From: Bdellovibrionota bacterium | GTDB lineage: Bacteria; Bdellovibrionota; UBA1018; CAIPTA01; JAALKR01 | Length of the DNA stretch: 64,000 nt | Reading direction: 5' to 3' | Assembly: GCA_965207455.1 (NCBI GenBank) | Contig: CBDBMJ010000001.1 | Span: forward strand, 576,001-640,000 | Part shown: in pieces, positions 19,159-28,092 of the stretch | Layout: every line of letters begins with the position of its first letter | Numbering within the stretch: the stretch's first letter is position 1 | Made by a program: the position numbers and the translations under genes | Notes under the pieces: generated by a model | Told to the model about the DNA's origin: nothing | Database searches by the model: none | Seen by the model: only the letters and a program-made list of their open reading frames with translations

Positions 19159-20307
19159 TTACCGGAAATCAATAAGTACTTTAGAATAGGTACGGATCTT
19201 TTCTTCAAACAAAGGAGGATGGAACTCATGGAAGGGAATCGTTCCCTTACCTTCGTTTAAAATATACTTCCATATACTCTCCTGCACTCCATTACTTTTG
19301 TCCTCTAAAATTTCTTTTGTTTGCTCCCATGTGGAAAAAATCCTTCTACCAATTATGGGAAAAATTCTCTTTCCCGATTTAATATACTGCTCAAAGGAAG
19401 GGATTTCCAAAGCACCACTGGAGACTCCAAATAATACAATATTACCACCACGGGCACTTCCCACTAGAGCTTGGAGGAAACTAGTGGGGTGTCCGCTCAT
19501 TTCTAAGCAGTAGTCGGCTCCAATGCCGTCGAAATAATCTAGAACTGCTTGGCCTGTGGCATCTTTCGCACCCGTAGTAAGGGGAGCCATTACATGGTTG
19601 GCACCCATTTGCTTGGCCTTCTCTCCATTCGCCTTATTCGGTTCCACACAAAGTATTTTTTTTGCTCCTAAACTACGAGCCACTAAAACAGAAAATAAAC
19701 CAATAGCACCACAACCAAAGATGGCTATGTTTTTTCCCTTCAACGACGCTCCTTCAAAAGGCAAACAAGCGTGAACAGCGTTGCCAAAAGGCTCTTGAAT
19801 AGCTCCCACCTCAGGACGAATTTTATCCAAATCTGTGGGCCATAAAGTATTGGCAGGAAGCTTTACCGATTGTGCAAAACAACCATGAGCTGTAACACCA
19901 ATAATGCGATCCTTTAGGCAAACATGGCGATTATTATTTGCACAAGCCGAACATTCACCACAATATAGATGGCTTTCCGTGCTTACTATTTCTCCTATAC
20001 GCAGCCCTCCTGCGCGTTTTACATTCGATCCAAGAGCAGTAATTTTTCCTAACATTTCATGACCAGCAATACGGTAGTGGAACCTTTCCCGCTCTAGGCT
20101 GCTAAGAATGGACTCTTTAAAGATTTTGCGAAACCAAATACCCTTATCTGTACCGCATACTCCTCCAAAAATAGGAGCTACAAGTACAGCATTAGCGTCG
20201 CTGGGATTTTGGGACTCCTCTAAACGGGGAGCTTCTACGTCTCGGGAAACATAGCCCTTGGTGGTGGACCAGTTTTTGCGATTTACCTCCAATACAATGG
20301 CCTGCAT
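19159..20307 (-). CDS. tdh: Zn-dependent dehydrogenase, probable L-threonine 3-dehydrogenase
   Basis: CGTD, GHE, CGECSAC...C, EPFGNAVH and GCGAIG motifs. Adjacent to kbl. Confidence 0.82.
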   Translation of the reverse strand: MQAIVLEVNRKNWSTTKGYVSRDVEAPRLEESQNPSDANAVLVAPIFGGVCGTDKGIWFRKIFKESILSSLERERFHYRIAGHEMLGKITALGSNVKRAGGLRIGEIVSTESHLYCGECSACANNNRHVCLKDRIIGVTAHGCFAQSVKLPANTLWPTDLDKIRPEVGAIQEPFGNAVHACLPFEGASLKGKNIAIFGCGAIGLFSVLVARSLGAKKILCVEPNKANGEKAKQMGANHVMAPLTTGAKDATGQAVLDYFDGIGADYCLEMSGHPTSFLQALVGSARGGNIVLFGVSSGALEIPSFEQYIKSGKRIFPIIGRRIFSTWEQTKEILEDKSNGVQESIWKYILNEGKGTIPFHEFHPPLFEEKIRTYSKVLIDFR

Positions 20308-20406
20308 GGCTCCGTTCTATCATATTTTACCTATTTTAATGAATAATAGCGTGTATTTTCAATAAAGTATTGCAGTGCGCTATTAAATTGACTAAAATAG
20401 TAGTAT

Positions 20407-23088
20407 ATGGGTTTGGGGATCACATTTAAGCAACAAAGCAAAGAGACTCAGTCGGGTTCTGCCATTTTAATGGTGATGGTCTTAGGTTTATTTATATCTA
20501 GCCTTTCCTACCTTTCCCTTCGAAAGTATCAGATTCATTTAGGGTCGCAAAAAACAGCGGAAGCTCGACAAACACTGCACATGATCCATACAGATATTCG
20601 AGGTGTATTGGGAGACACGCAATCTTGCACAGAGACAATAAAAAAAATTGCCATTTCAGAGGTAAGTAGCAAACTTCTTCCATTTATTAAAGGTTCTGGT
20701 GGGCAGATACTCTACCGGGTTAATAGGCCAGATAGCACTGGAACAACAATCACTGAACTGCAACTCTCCAAGCTTACTCCTATCCCGGGTACTACTAGCT
20801 CCATGGCAGAACTCTCTATCTTTTTTGAAAGGAAAAATAGCACTGGTCTTGAACTTCCTTCCTTTCGAGCCAGAGATATTAAAATTAAAATAGATCATCC
20901 ACCTCTTAATGTGACTCAACTTGCTCTCGGGAAATACCACACATGTGCGTTGTTTACTAATGGAAGGATGAAGTGCTGGGGCGGTGGTAGCGGAGGGAAT
21001 AATAAAGGACAATTAGGTTATGAAAATAAGGATACTATAGGTGATATTGTAGATGAGTTAGGGGGCAATCTTCCCTTTGTAGATTTAGGGTCCGGTATTA
21101 ATGGTCCTTATAAAGCAACAGCTATTTCTGCTGGTAATCAGCATACCTGTGCACTTTTAAATGTGGAAGGAACGGGAAGAGTAAAATGCTGGGGAAATAA
21201 TGCTGCTGGACAGTTGGGTTATGGCAATATATTTTCAAAGGGAGATCAAGAACATGATATGACAAATCTTCCTTTTATAGATTTGGGTGGTATTATTGAC
21301 GGTCATCATTTTTCAGTGCTGGCTATTGCTAGTGGGGATAGTCACAACTGTGCAATTATAGTGGATCCTCCTAGAGCGCCACCGGGACGAGCTTGGGAAG
21401 AAAGAAAAGTTAAGTGCTGGGGAGAGAATGAGCATGGGCAGCTTGGGCGAGGGAATACAGAGGATAGAGGCGATGAGGGTGGGGAGATGAGAAACGCTTT
21501 GGACTTCATACAATTAGGGCAAGGAGGAGGGCAACAGTTAGAGGTTGTTGCTATTAGTGCAGGAATAAGCCACAGCTGTGCTATTTTGAATACTACGCAA
21601 GGTAAGCAAATTAAGTGTTGGGGAAGTAATAGTGCTGGTCAATTAGGGGCAGGATCTACTGCTAGTAAAAGAGGAGCACTTGCAAATGAGATGGGTAGTT
21701 TTTTAAATTTTATTAATTTAGGAACGATTAGTGGTGGTACTGATCCTTTACATGTTTTGTCGATGAGTACAGGGGGAGAAACTAGCTGTGCTGTTTTAGA
21801 TATAAGTACCGGAAGTAGGTTAAAGTGCTGGGGATATAATTCAAAAGGACAGTTAGGTATTGGTAACAGTAATTCAAAGGGACAATCTCCCAACCATATG
21901 GGAAACTATATTTCCTCTAGTGTAGGGCTTCCCTTTGTGGATTTGGGTACAAATTTAGTGGCTAAATCCGTTTCTGTTGGTAATAAGCATACTTGTGTTA
22001 CTTTAACAAGTGGTAAAGTAAAATGTTGGGGAGAGGGTGGTGATGGTCGGCTTGGTTTGGGTAGTGGAGGTGTTTCTGATCCTATTGGCAATAGAGCTAA
22101 CGAAATGGGATATTATTTAAAATATTCTAAATTGGGAACTGATGCTAGTACTGGTGAACGCCATAGGGCTAGTGATGTTTTTGCTGGTTTTGTTCACACT
22201 TGTGCTGTAATGAGTGAAAAAGTAAAGTGTTGGGGTGAGGGAGGTGACAGAGCGCTTGGGTATGGCAATAACCAAAGTATTGCTCGTTTTAACGCTGGTG
22301 AAATGGGGAACAATCTTGGATTTGCTTTGATAGGGTCAGAAAAAATATGCACAGCAATTTTTGCCGAAGATGGAGAAAATTGGGAGTATAAGGATGGGTC
22401 CATTTTTTTGGGTGATGATAGCACAAAGCTGGGTATTGGTACGGATGAACCCGAGGAGATGCTTCATGTGAAGGGTACTATGAAAATAGAGGGAGATGCT
22501 TCTGCTGAAAATGTGTTCAGTTCTGGTTCGATACAATTAGATGAATTTACAGGATCGGATTGTACTGATACAGAAAAGGGGACTCAGCGATTTCGTGGAT
22601 ATGAAATGGAATATTGTGACGGAACTGATTGGAGGAATTTGGGTCAATCGCTTTGGGAGGAACATCCTAACCAAATAGCCACACCAGCTACTGGTACGCC
22701 TAGAAATGTGGGAATAGGAACGGATAATCCTCAAGCTAGATTACATGTTGCAGGAGAAAGTAAATTAGAAAACGGTGAATTTACAGTAGATGGCAATTCC
22801 GCTAGTCCTAGTAGCATTCCTAAGGCATTAGCTATTGGTGGTAATGTTGGAGTTGGGGGAGATGCTACAGGTGCGGAAAATACGGGTACAGATTATAGAT
22901 TAAAAATTGAGGATGGAAACTTTGTATCTACGGGTTTTACGAAAATGGATCATATGAAGTTGAAGGCTACAACTGCTCCTGAGTGCTCCCCTGCAAAGGG
23001 TTTAAACACTCTCTACTATAATATAGCTATTAATAGTCTCCAGTACTGTGATGGGAATATCTGGAGAAGTTTTAGGGTAGCTCCCTAG
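20407..23088 (+). CDS. 'A1': PilX/GspK-like prepilin + inserted long-blade RCC1 propeller + fibre-like stalk
   Basis: QSG|SAILMVMVL leader, repeated H(T/S)C...KCWG.N..GQLG...LPFVDLG blades, then (V/L)GIGT..P...LHV.G and YCDG..W motifs. Confidence 0.8.
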   Translation: MGLGITFKQQSKETQSGSAILMVMVLGLFISSLSYLSLRKYQIHLGSQKTAEARQTLHMIHTDIRGVLGDTQSCTETIKKIAISEVSSKLLPFIKGSGGQILYRVNRPDSTGTTITELQLSKLTPIPGTTSSMAELSIFFERKNSTGLELPSFRARDIKIKIDHPPLNVTQLALGKYHTCALFTNGRMKCWGGGSGGNNKGQLGYENKDTIGDIVDELGGNLPFVDLGSGINGPYKATAISAGNQHTCALLNVEGTGRVKCWGNNAAGQLGYGNIFSKGDQEHDMTNLPFIDLGGIIDGHHFSVLAIASGDSHNCAIIVDPPRAPPGRAWEERKVKCWGENEHGQLGRGNTEDRGDEGGEMRNALDFIQLGQGGGQQLEVVAISAGISHSCAILNTTQGKQIKCWGSNSAGQLGAGSTASKRGALANEMGSFLNFINLGTISGGTDPLHVLSMSTGGETSCAVLDISTGSRLKCWGYNSKGQLGIGNSNSKGQSPNHMGNYISSSVGLPFVDLGTNLVAKSVSVGNKHTCVTLTSGKVKCWGEGGDGRLGLGSGGVSDPIGNRANEMGYYLKYSKLGTDASTGERHRASDVFAGFVHTCAVMSEKVKCWGEGGDRALGYGNNQSIARFNAGEMGNNLGFALIGSEKICTAIFAEDGENWEYKDGSIFLGDDSTKLGIGTDEPEEMLHVKGTMKIEGDASAENVFSSGSIQLDEFTGSDCTDTEKGTQRFRGYEMEYCDGTDWRNLGQSLWEEHPNQIATPATGTPRNVGIGTDNPQARLHVAGESKLENGEFTVDGNSASPSSIPKALAIGGNVGVGGDATGAENTGTDYRLKIEDGNFVSTGFTKMDHMKLKATTAPECSPAKGLNTLYYNIAINSLQYCDGNIWRSFRVAP

Positions 23089-23253
23089 TCCATCCTATAA
23101 AAATCTATAAATAGTCTATAAATAGGGCTGAAACCTTATTATATTTGACTTGAGCAAAAAATGTTAATTTTTCTAAATATTTGTTTAGTTGACTAAAAAA
23201 CAATGTTATACTAAAGGTAGAGTATTTTTACAGAAAAGTAATGGGGGATTTTA

Positions 23254-26200
23254 ATGCTAACAAAGCCAATAAGTGGAAAGCGTCCTTTTAGTAATCAGTC
23301 TGGTGTAACCCTAGTGGGTGTGGTAGTAGCGGCTGGTTTGCTGGGAGTGCTTACCCTATTTTCCATGCAAGTCCAAATTAATTTAATCGGTAGTCAGGAA
23401 ACAACGGATAATCGGTATGCGTTTAATAATATTCAATCTAATATTCGTCAATTGTTAGGGAGTCCAAAAGCTTGTAGAGAAACGTTAGAAGGACAGATCA
23501 TTCCTAATCTACCGAATAATTATCTTTCTGTTTCTGACATAAGAGACGATACGGGATCAGCAACGTACAGTCAAGGTAGTTCTTATGAGGGTGGTAGGGT
23601 ATTGATTTCAAAAATGGATCTTTCTTCCTTTGTTCCCAGTGAAAGCGGTTCCCATGAAGGTACAGCAGAATTGCTGGTCTTTTTTCAATCCGCAACAAAT
23701 GTTCCTGGAACTATTGATGCAAAACCAAGAAGAATTGCTTTAAGTATTAAAACCAATCTTACTACTCGTTCTATTACTAAGTGTAGTGCCCTATTTTCAG
23801 AAAAAAATGACAACTCTTGGAGAGAGAATGTCCAGAAGGATCTGTATTTTGATGCTAGTTATGTGGGTATTGGTGTGGAGAATCCAGAAAATGAACTGGA
23901 TATATTGGGAGACGCTAAGTTTAAAGGTAGTTTGAATGTAATAGGCTTATATGATCTGAAAACAATAAAGGTTGGATTTTCGGGTGACTGTAATGCAGGG
24001 TCTCAGCGATATAATACGGGCACCGATACTATGGAGTTTTGCAATAGTGGTAGCTGGGAAGCGATGGGGAGCCTTTGGTCTCAAACGGATACTGGAAACT
24101 TTTATACTGATCCCGCAAAAAATGTTGGTATTGGAACAGAAACACCAGAAAAGAAATTTCATGTGGATGGTAATGCTAAGTTTGATGGTTATATGAGGAT
24201 GGATTCCAGTTCTGGATCAAGCCAGGCATTGGCAGTGCAGGGAAGAGTTATCATTGGACAAAATTTAGATAGCAGCTCTTCTATTGTAATTCCTCCAACG
24301 CTAGCTTCTGATGATACACAGTTCGGTGTGGATGGTGATGTGGAAATTGAAGGCACACTAGAAACGAGTACTATGCAAATAAGCCATGGCAGTCAAGCCT
24401 GTAATGGGGAGAGCATTGGAGTAACGAAGCGTTCTGGTTCAGGTCAGTTTAAATACTGTGATGGAAATAATTGGCAAGTTCTTTTGCCTGAGGATGTAAA
24501 CTTTGTGAAGGAAGAAGATGATGAAATTTTAGAGGTAGATAAAATAATGGTGGGTAAAAATCATACTTGCACTTACTTTACGAATAAAAAAGTAAAATGT
24601 TTTGGAAAAAATAATAAGGGTCAACTGGGTGATAATACGAATAATGATAGTGGTACTCCTGTTTATGTTGAAGATGATGGAGGTAACCATTTAGAAGATG
24701 TTGCTGCAATTTCAACCCATGGAGAGAGCGATTCCACCTGTGCTCGTATGGTTGATGGAACGGTGAGATGTTGGGGAGCAAATAATGAAGGCCAGTTAGG
24801 TAACGGGAGTTCTTCTGATTCGAATCATGCAGTAGCAGTTAATGATATTTCTACAGCTACTTTAATTTCTGTGGCTGCTAAACATGCTTGTGTGCGGTTG
24901 AGTGACGGTACTGCAAAATGTTGGGGAGCAAATGATGAAGGCCAGTTGGGTGATGGTACTAAATTCCAGAGAAATACGCCTGTTTTAGTTAAAGACTCTT
25001 CGGGTACAGATAATCGTGAAGATATTACAAGTATAGAAACAGGTAATGATAGGACTTGTATTAACTATGAGGTTGGTGGGGAGACTAGATCTGGATGTTG
25101 GGGCAAAGATGGAGATCAAACAGCACCTGGTAATACAGATGATTCACTTTTTTCAGGGCCAGTAGATATTGCTATAGCAGGAGATCATATTTGTATGCGA
25201 CCACAAAGTGGAACCGTTCAATGCTGGGGGCTGAATCAATTTGGGCAACTTGGTGATGGTCATACTAGTAGTGATGAGACATACAGATCAGAGCCAAAGC
25301 TTGTGATTGGTATAACGAGTGCAGTGAAAATTGCTGTACGCAATGGATCTAGCTGCGCTATCTTAAGAGATAAGTCTTTGTGGTGTTGGGGACAGATAAC
25401 AAATGATATATCATCAAACAAAGCAGTTAAGGTTGTGGGTTTTGAGAATGTTGTGGATGTTCGTCTTGGTTATTATCATAACTGTGTAACATTTGAAGAC
25501 GGAACAGGCAAGTGCTGGTCAAATGACCCCAGCAGTGTTACGAATCAAGAAGGTCTTGTTAGTAATCCAGATAATTCTATTTCTACCGAGAGTGAGACGC
25601 TTGAAATATTTGATCATGCTGAAACGGTTGGACAATTCAGGTTTAGACCTTGTGGAGGTGTAATTAGACATAAAAGTGAATCTACTGGTGTAGTAGGAGA
25701 TAGGCGATCTTGTGCAGTAGGTTCTGCTTTTCATAACGATATTGTAGACGGTGTTTGTGTTCAATCCTTAAATTGTTCTTTTGATGGTTCAGGGTATGGC
25801 CGTGAGAGAGTTTGTGAATCTGCACAAGGAACCTGTAAGTATACATGTAGTAATAGTACTTGGACAAGAAAGACAAACAATTGTGAAAAGCTAGTAACGC
25901 GAGTTCATTCACCAGACGGACCGCCACCAGTGTGGCCTATACAAATTGCCTCGGGATATTATCATACCTGCGTAGTTCTTAATGATGGCACAGCCAAATG
26001 CTGGGGGAGGAATAATAAAGGGCAATTGGGTAATGGTACTAAAGACAGTAGTTCAACACCAGTTAAAGTTTCTGATCTAACGAATGCGGTTCAAATTTCC
26101 GTGGGAGATAATCACAGTTGCGCAGTTCTTAGTGATGGCACAGCCAAGTGCTGGGGAAATAACGAAGATGGACAATTGGGTGATGGTCATACAACCAATA

Positions 26201-28080
26201 GATATACACCAGTTGCAGTTTCTGGTCTAACGAATGCGGTTCAAATTGCCTTGGGGGAAGAACACACCTGCGCAGTTCTTCGTGACGGCACAGCCAAATG
26301 CTGGGGAGCTAATAGTAGCGGGCAATTGGGTGATAATAGTTTAACCAGGAGAAATACAGCAGTTGCAGTTGATGGTATAACGAATGCGGTTCAAATTGCC
26401 TTGGGATATACTCACAGTTGCGCAGTTCTTAATGATGGCACAGCAAAGTGTTGGGGAAAGAATAATTTTGGGCAGTTGGGTGACGGTTTTACAACTAATA
26501 GACGTAAACCAGTTGAAGTTTTTGAGTTAACGAATGCCGCTCAGATTGCCTTAGGAGATTTTCACACCTGTGCGATTCTTACTGATGGTACAGCAAAATG
26601 CTGGGGGCGGAATAACTATGGGCAATTGGGTGATAGTACAGGAACCCAGAGAAATACCCCAGTTGCAGTTCTCGAGTTAACGAATGCGGTTCAAATTGCC
26701 TTGGGATCTTATCACACCTGCGCAGTTCTTCGTGACGGCACAGCCAAATGCTGGGGGTATAATAATAGAGGGCAATTGGGTAATGGTAGTACAACCCATA
26801 GATCTACACCAGGTACAGTTCCTGTGTTAACGAATGTGCTTCAAATTGCCTTGGGATCAGCGCACAGTTGCGCAGTTCTTCGTGACGGCACAGCCAAATG
26901 TTGGGGGTGGAATGCATATGGGCAATTGGGTAATGGTAGTACAACCCAGAGAACTACACCAGTCTTCGTTGATGGTTTTTCCACTCCCTACCTTTTTCCC
27001 ACGGAAATTGCTGGGGGAGAAACCCACAGTTGCGCACTTATGAATGATGGCACAGCCAAATGCTGGGGGTGGAATAACTATGGGCAATTGGGTAATGGTA
27101 CTAAAGACAGTAGTTCAACACCAGTTAAAGTTTCTGATCTAACGAATGCGATTCAAATTTCCTTGGGAGATAATCACAGTTGCGCAGTTCTTAGTGACGG
27201 CACAGCCAAATGCTGGGGGTATAATAATAAAGGGCAATTGGGTGATAATACTACAGCAGATAAATTAACACCAGTTAAAGTTTTAGGGTTAGCGAATGCG
27301 GTTCAAATTGCCTTGGGAGGGTATCACACCTGCGCACTTCTTCGTGACGGCAAAGCAAAGTGCTGGGGGAATAATAATAGAGGGCAATTGGGTGATGGTA
27401 CTACAACCCATAGATCTAAACCAGTTGCAGTTCTCGTGTTAACGAATGCGGTTCAAATTGCCTTGGGAGAAAACCACAGTTGCGCAGTTCTTCTTGACGG
27501 CACAGCAAAATGCTGGGGGTGGAATAAATATGGGCAATTGGGTAATGGTACAGGAACCCAGAGAAATACCCCAGTTGCAGTTCTCGAGTTAACGAATGCG
27601 ATTCAAATTTCCTTGGGAGGTTACCACAGTTGCGCACTTCTTCGTGACGGCACAGCCAAATGTTGGGGGCGGAATGGTAATGGGCAATTGGGTGCTAGCA
27701 CTACACAGACATGTGGCACTGCAAATATTCCTTGTAGCAGCACACCAGTTGCAGTTGATGGGTTAACGAATGCGGTTCAAATTGCCTTGGGATTTCACCA
27801 CAGTTGCGCAGTTCTTCGTGACGGCACAGCCAAATGTTGGGGGTGGAATGCATATGGGCAATTGGGTAATGGTAGTACAACCGATAGATATACACCAGTT
27901 GCAGTTTCTGGGTTAACGAATGCCGTTCAAATTTCCTTGGGAGATAATCACAGTTGCGCAGTTCTTAGTGATGGCACAGCCAAATGCTGGGGGAGGAATG
28001 CATCTGGGCGATTGGGTGATGGTCATACAACCGACAGATCTACACCAGTCTTCGTTGATGGTACATTATTAAATCCATAA
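23254..28080 (+). CDS. 'B1': prepilin-like + fibre stalk + RCC1 propeller + 8-Cys domain + two extra 7-blade RCC1 propellers
   Basis: NQSG|VTLVGVVVAAG leader, VGIG..P repeats, and 14 near-identical ~50-aa repeats at the C-terminus. Confidence 0.82.
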   Translation: MLTKPISGKRPFSNQSGVTLVGVVVAAGLLGVLTLFSMQVQINLIGSQETTDNRYAFNNIQSNIRQLLGSPKACRETLEGQIIPNLPNNYLSVSDIRDDTGSATYSQGSSYEGGRVLISKMDLSSFVPSESGSHEGTAELLVFFQSATNVPGTIDAKPRRIALSIKTNLTTRSITKCSALFSEKNDNSWRENVQKDLYFDASYVGIGVENPENELDILGDAKFKGSLNVIGLYDLKTIKVGFSGDCNAGSQRYNTGTDTMEFCNSGSWEAMGSLWSQTDTGNFYTDPAKNVGIGTETPEKKFHVDGNAKFDGYMRMDSSSGSSQALAVQGRVIIGQNLDSSSSIVIPPTLASDDTQFGVDGDVEIEGTLETSTMQISHGSQACNGESIGVTKRSGSGQFKYCDGNNWQVLLPEDVNFVKEEDDEILEVDKIMVGKNHTCTYFTNKKVKCFGKNNKGQLGDNTNNDSGTPVYVEDDGGNHLEDVAAISTHGESDSTCARMVDGTVRCWGANNEGQLGNGSSSDSNHAVAVNDISTATLISVAAKHACVRLSDGTAKCWGANDEGQLGDGTKFQRNTPVLVKDSSGTDNREDITSIETGNDRTCINYEVGGETRSGCWGKDGDQTAPGNTDDSLFSGPVDIAIAGDHICMRPQSGTVQCWGLNQFGQLGDGHTSSDETYRSEPKLVIGITSAVKIAVRNGSSCAILRDKSLWCWGQITNDISSNKAVKVVGFENVVDVRLGYYHNCVTFEDGTGKCWSNDPSSVTNQEGLVSNPDNSISTESETLEIFDHAETVGQFRFRPCGGVIRHKSESTGVVGDRRSCAVGSAFHNDIVDGVCVQSLNCSFDGSGYGRERVCESAQGTCKYTCSNSTWTRKTNNCEKLVTRVHSPDGPPPVWPIQIASGYYHTCVVLNDGTAKCWGRNNKGQLGNGTKDSSSTPVKVSDLTNAVQISVGDNHSCAVLSDGTAKCWGNNEDGQLGDGHTTNRYTPVAVSGLTNAVQIALGEEHTCAVLRDGTAKCWGANSSGQLGDNSLTRRNTAVAVDGITNAVQIALGYTHSCAVLNDGTAKCWGKNNFGQLGDGFTTNRRKPVEVFELTNAAQIALGDFHTCAILTDGTAKCWGRNNYGQLGDSTGTQRNTPVAVLELTNAVQIALGSYHTCAVLRDGTAKCWGYNNRGQLGNGSTTHRSTPGTVPVLTNVLQIALGSAHSCAVLRDGTAKCWGWNAYGQLGNGSTTQRTTPVFVDGFSTPYLFPTEIAGGETHSCALMNDGTAKCWGWNNYGQLGNGTKDSSSTPVKVSDLTNAIQISLGDNHSCAVLSDGTAKCWGYNNKGQLGDNTTADKLTPVKVLGLANAVQIALGGYHTCALLRDGKAKCWGNNNRGQLGDGTTTHRSKPVAVLVLTNAVQIALGENHSCAVLLDGTAKCWGWNKYGQLGNGTGTQRNTPVAVLELTNAIQISLGGYHSCALLRDGTAKCWGRNGNGQLGASTTQTCGTANIPCSSTPVAVDGLTNAVQIALGFHHSCAVLRDGTAKCWGWNAYGQLGNGSTTDRYTPVAVSGLTNAVQISLGDNHSCAVLSDGTAKCWGRNASGRLGDGHTTDRSTPVFVDGTLLNP
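25930..28060 (+). repeat. 14 coding tandem repeats of ~150 bp (RCC1/BLIP-II blades, 2 x 7)
   Basis: Recurrent gcagttctt...ggcacagccaaatgctgggg...gggcaattgggt...acgaatgcggttcaaattgccttggga, with linker FSTPYLFPT after blade 7. Confidence 0.93.
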
Positions 28081-28092
28081 AGGAGAGTAAGC

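Noticed and set aside
23095..23125. Three ctataaa repeats after A1 (also ttgcggtagtta x2 at ~36387-36416)
   Set aside because: Short, not shared between the paralogous intergenic regions, and no function can be supported.
25930..28060. CRISPR-like array (constant segments alternating with variable ones)
   Set aside because: The ~150-bp period lies in one open frame encoding RCC1 blades. There are no unique spacers and no cas genes.
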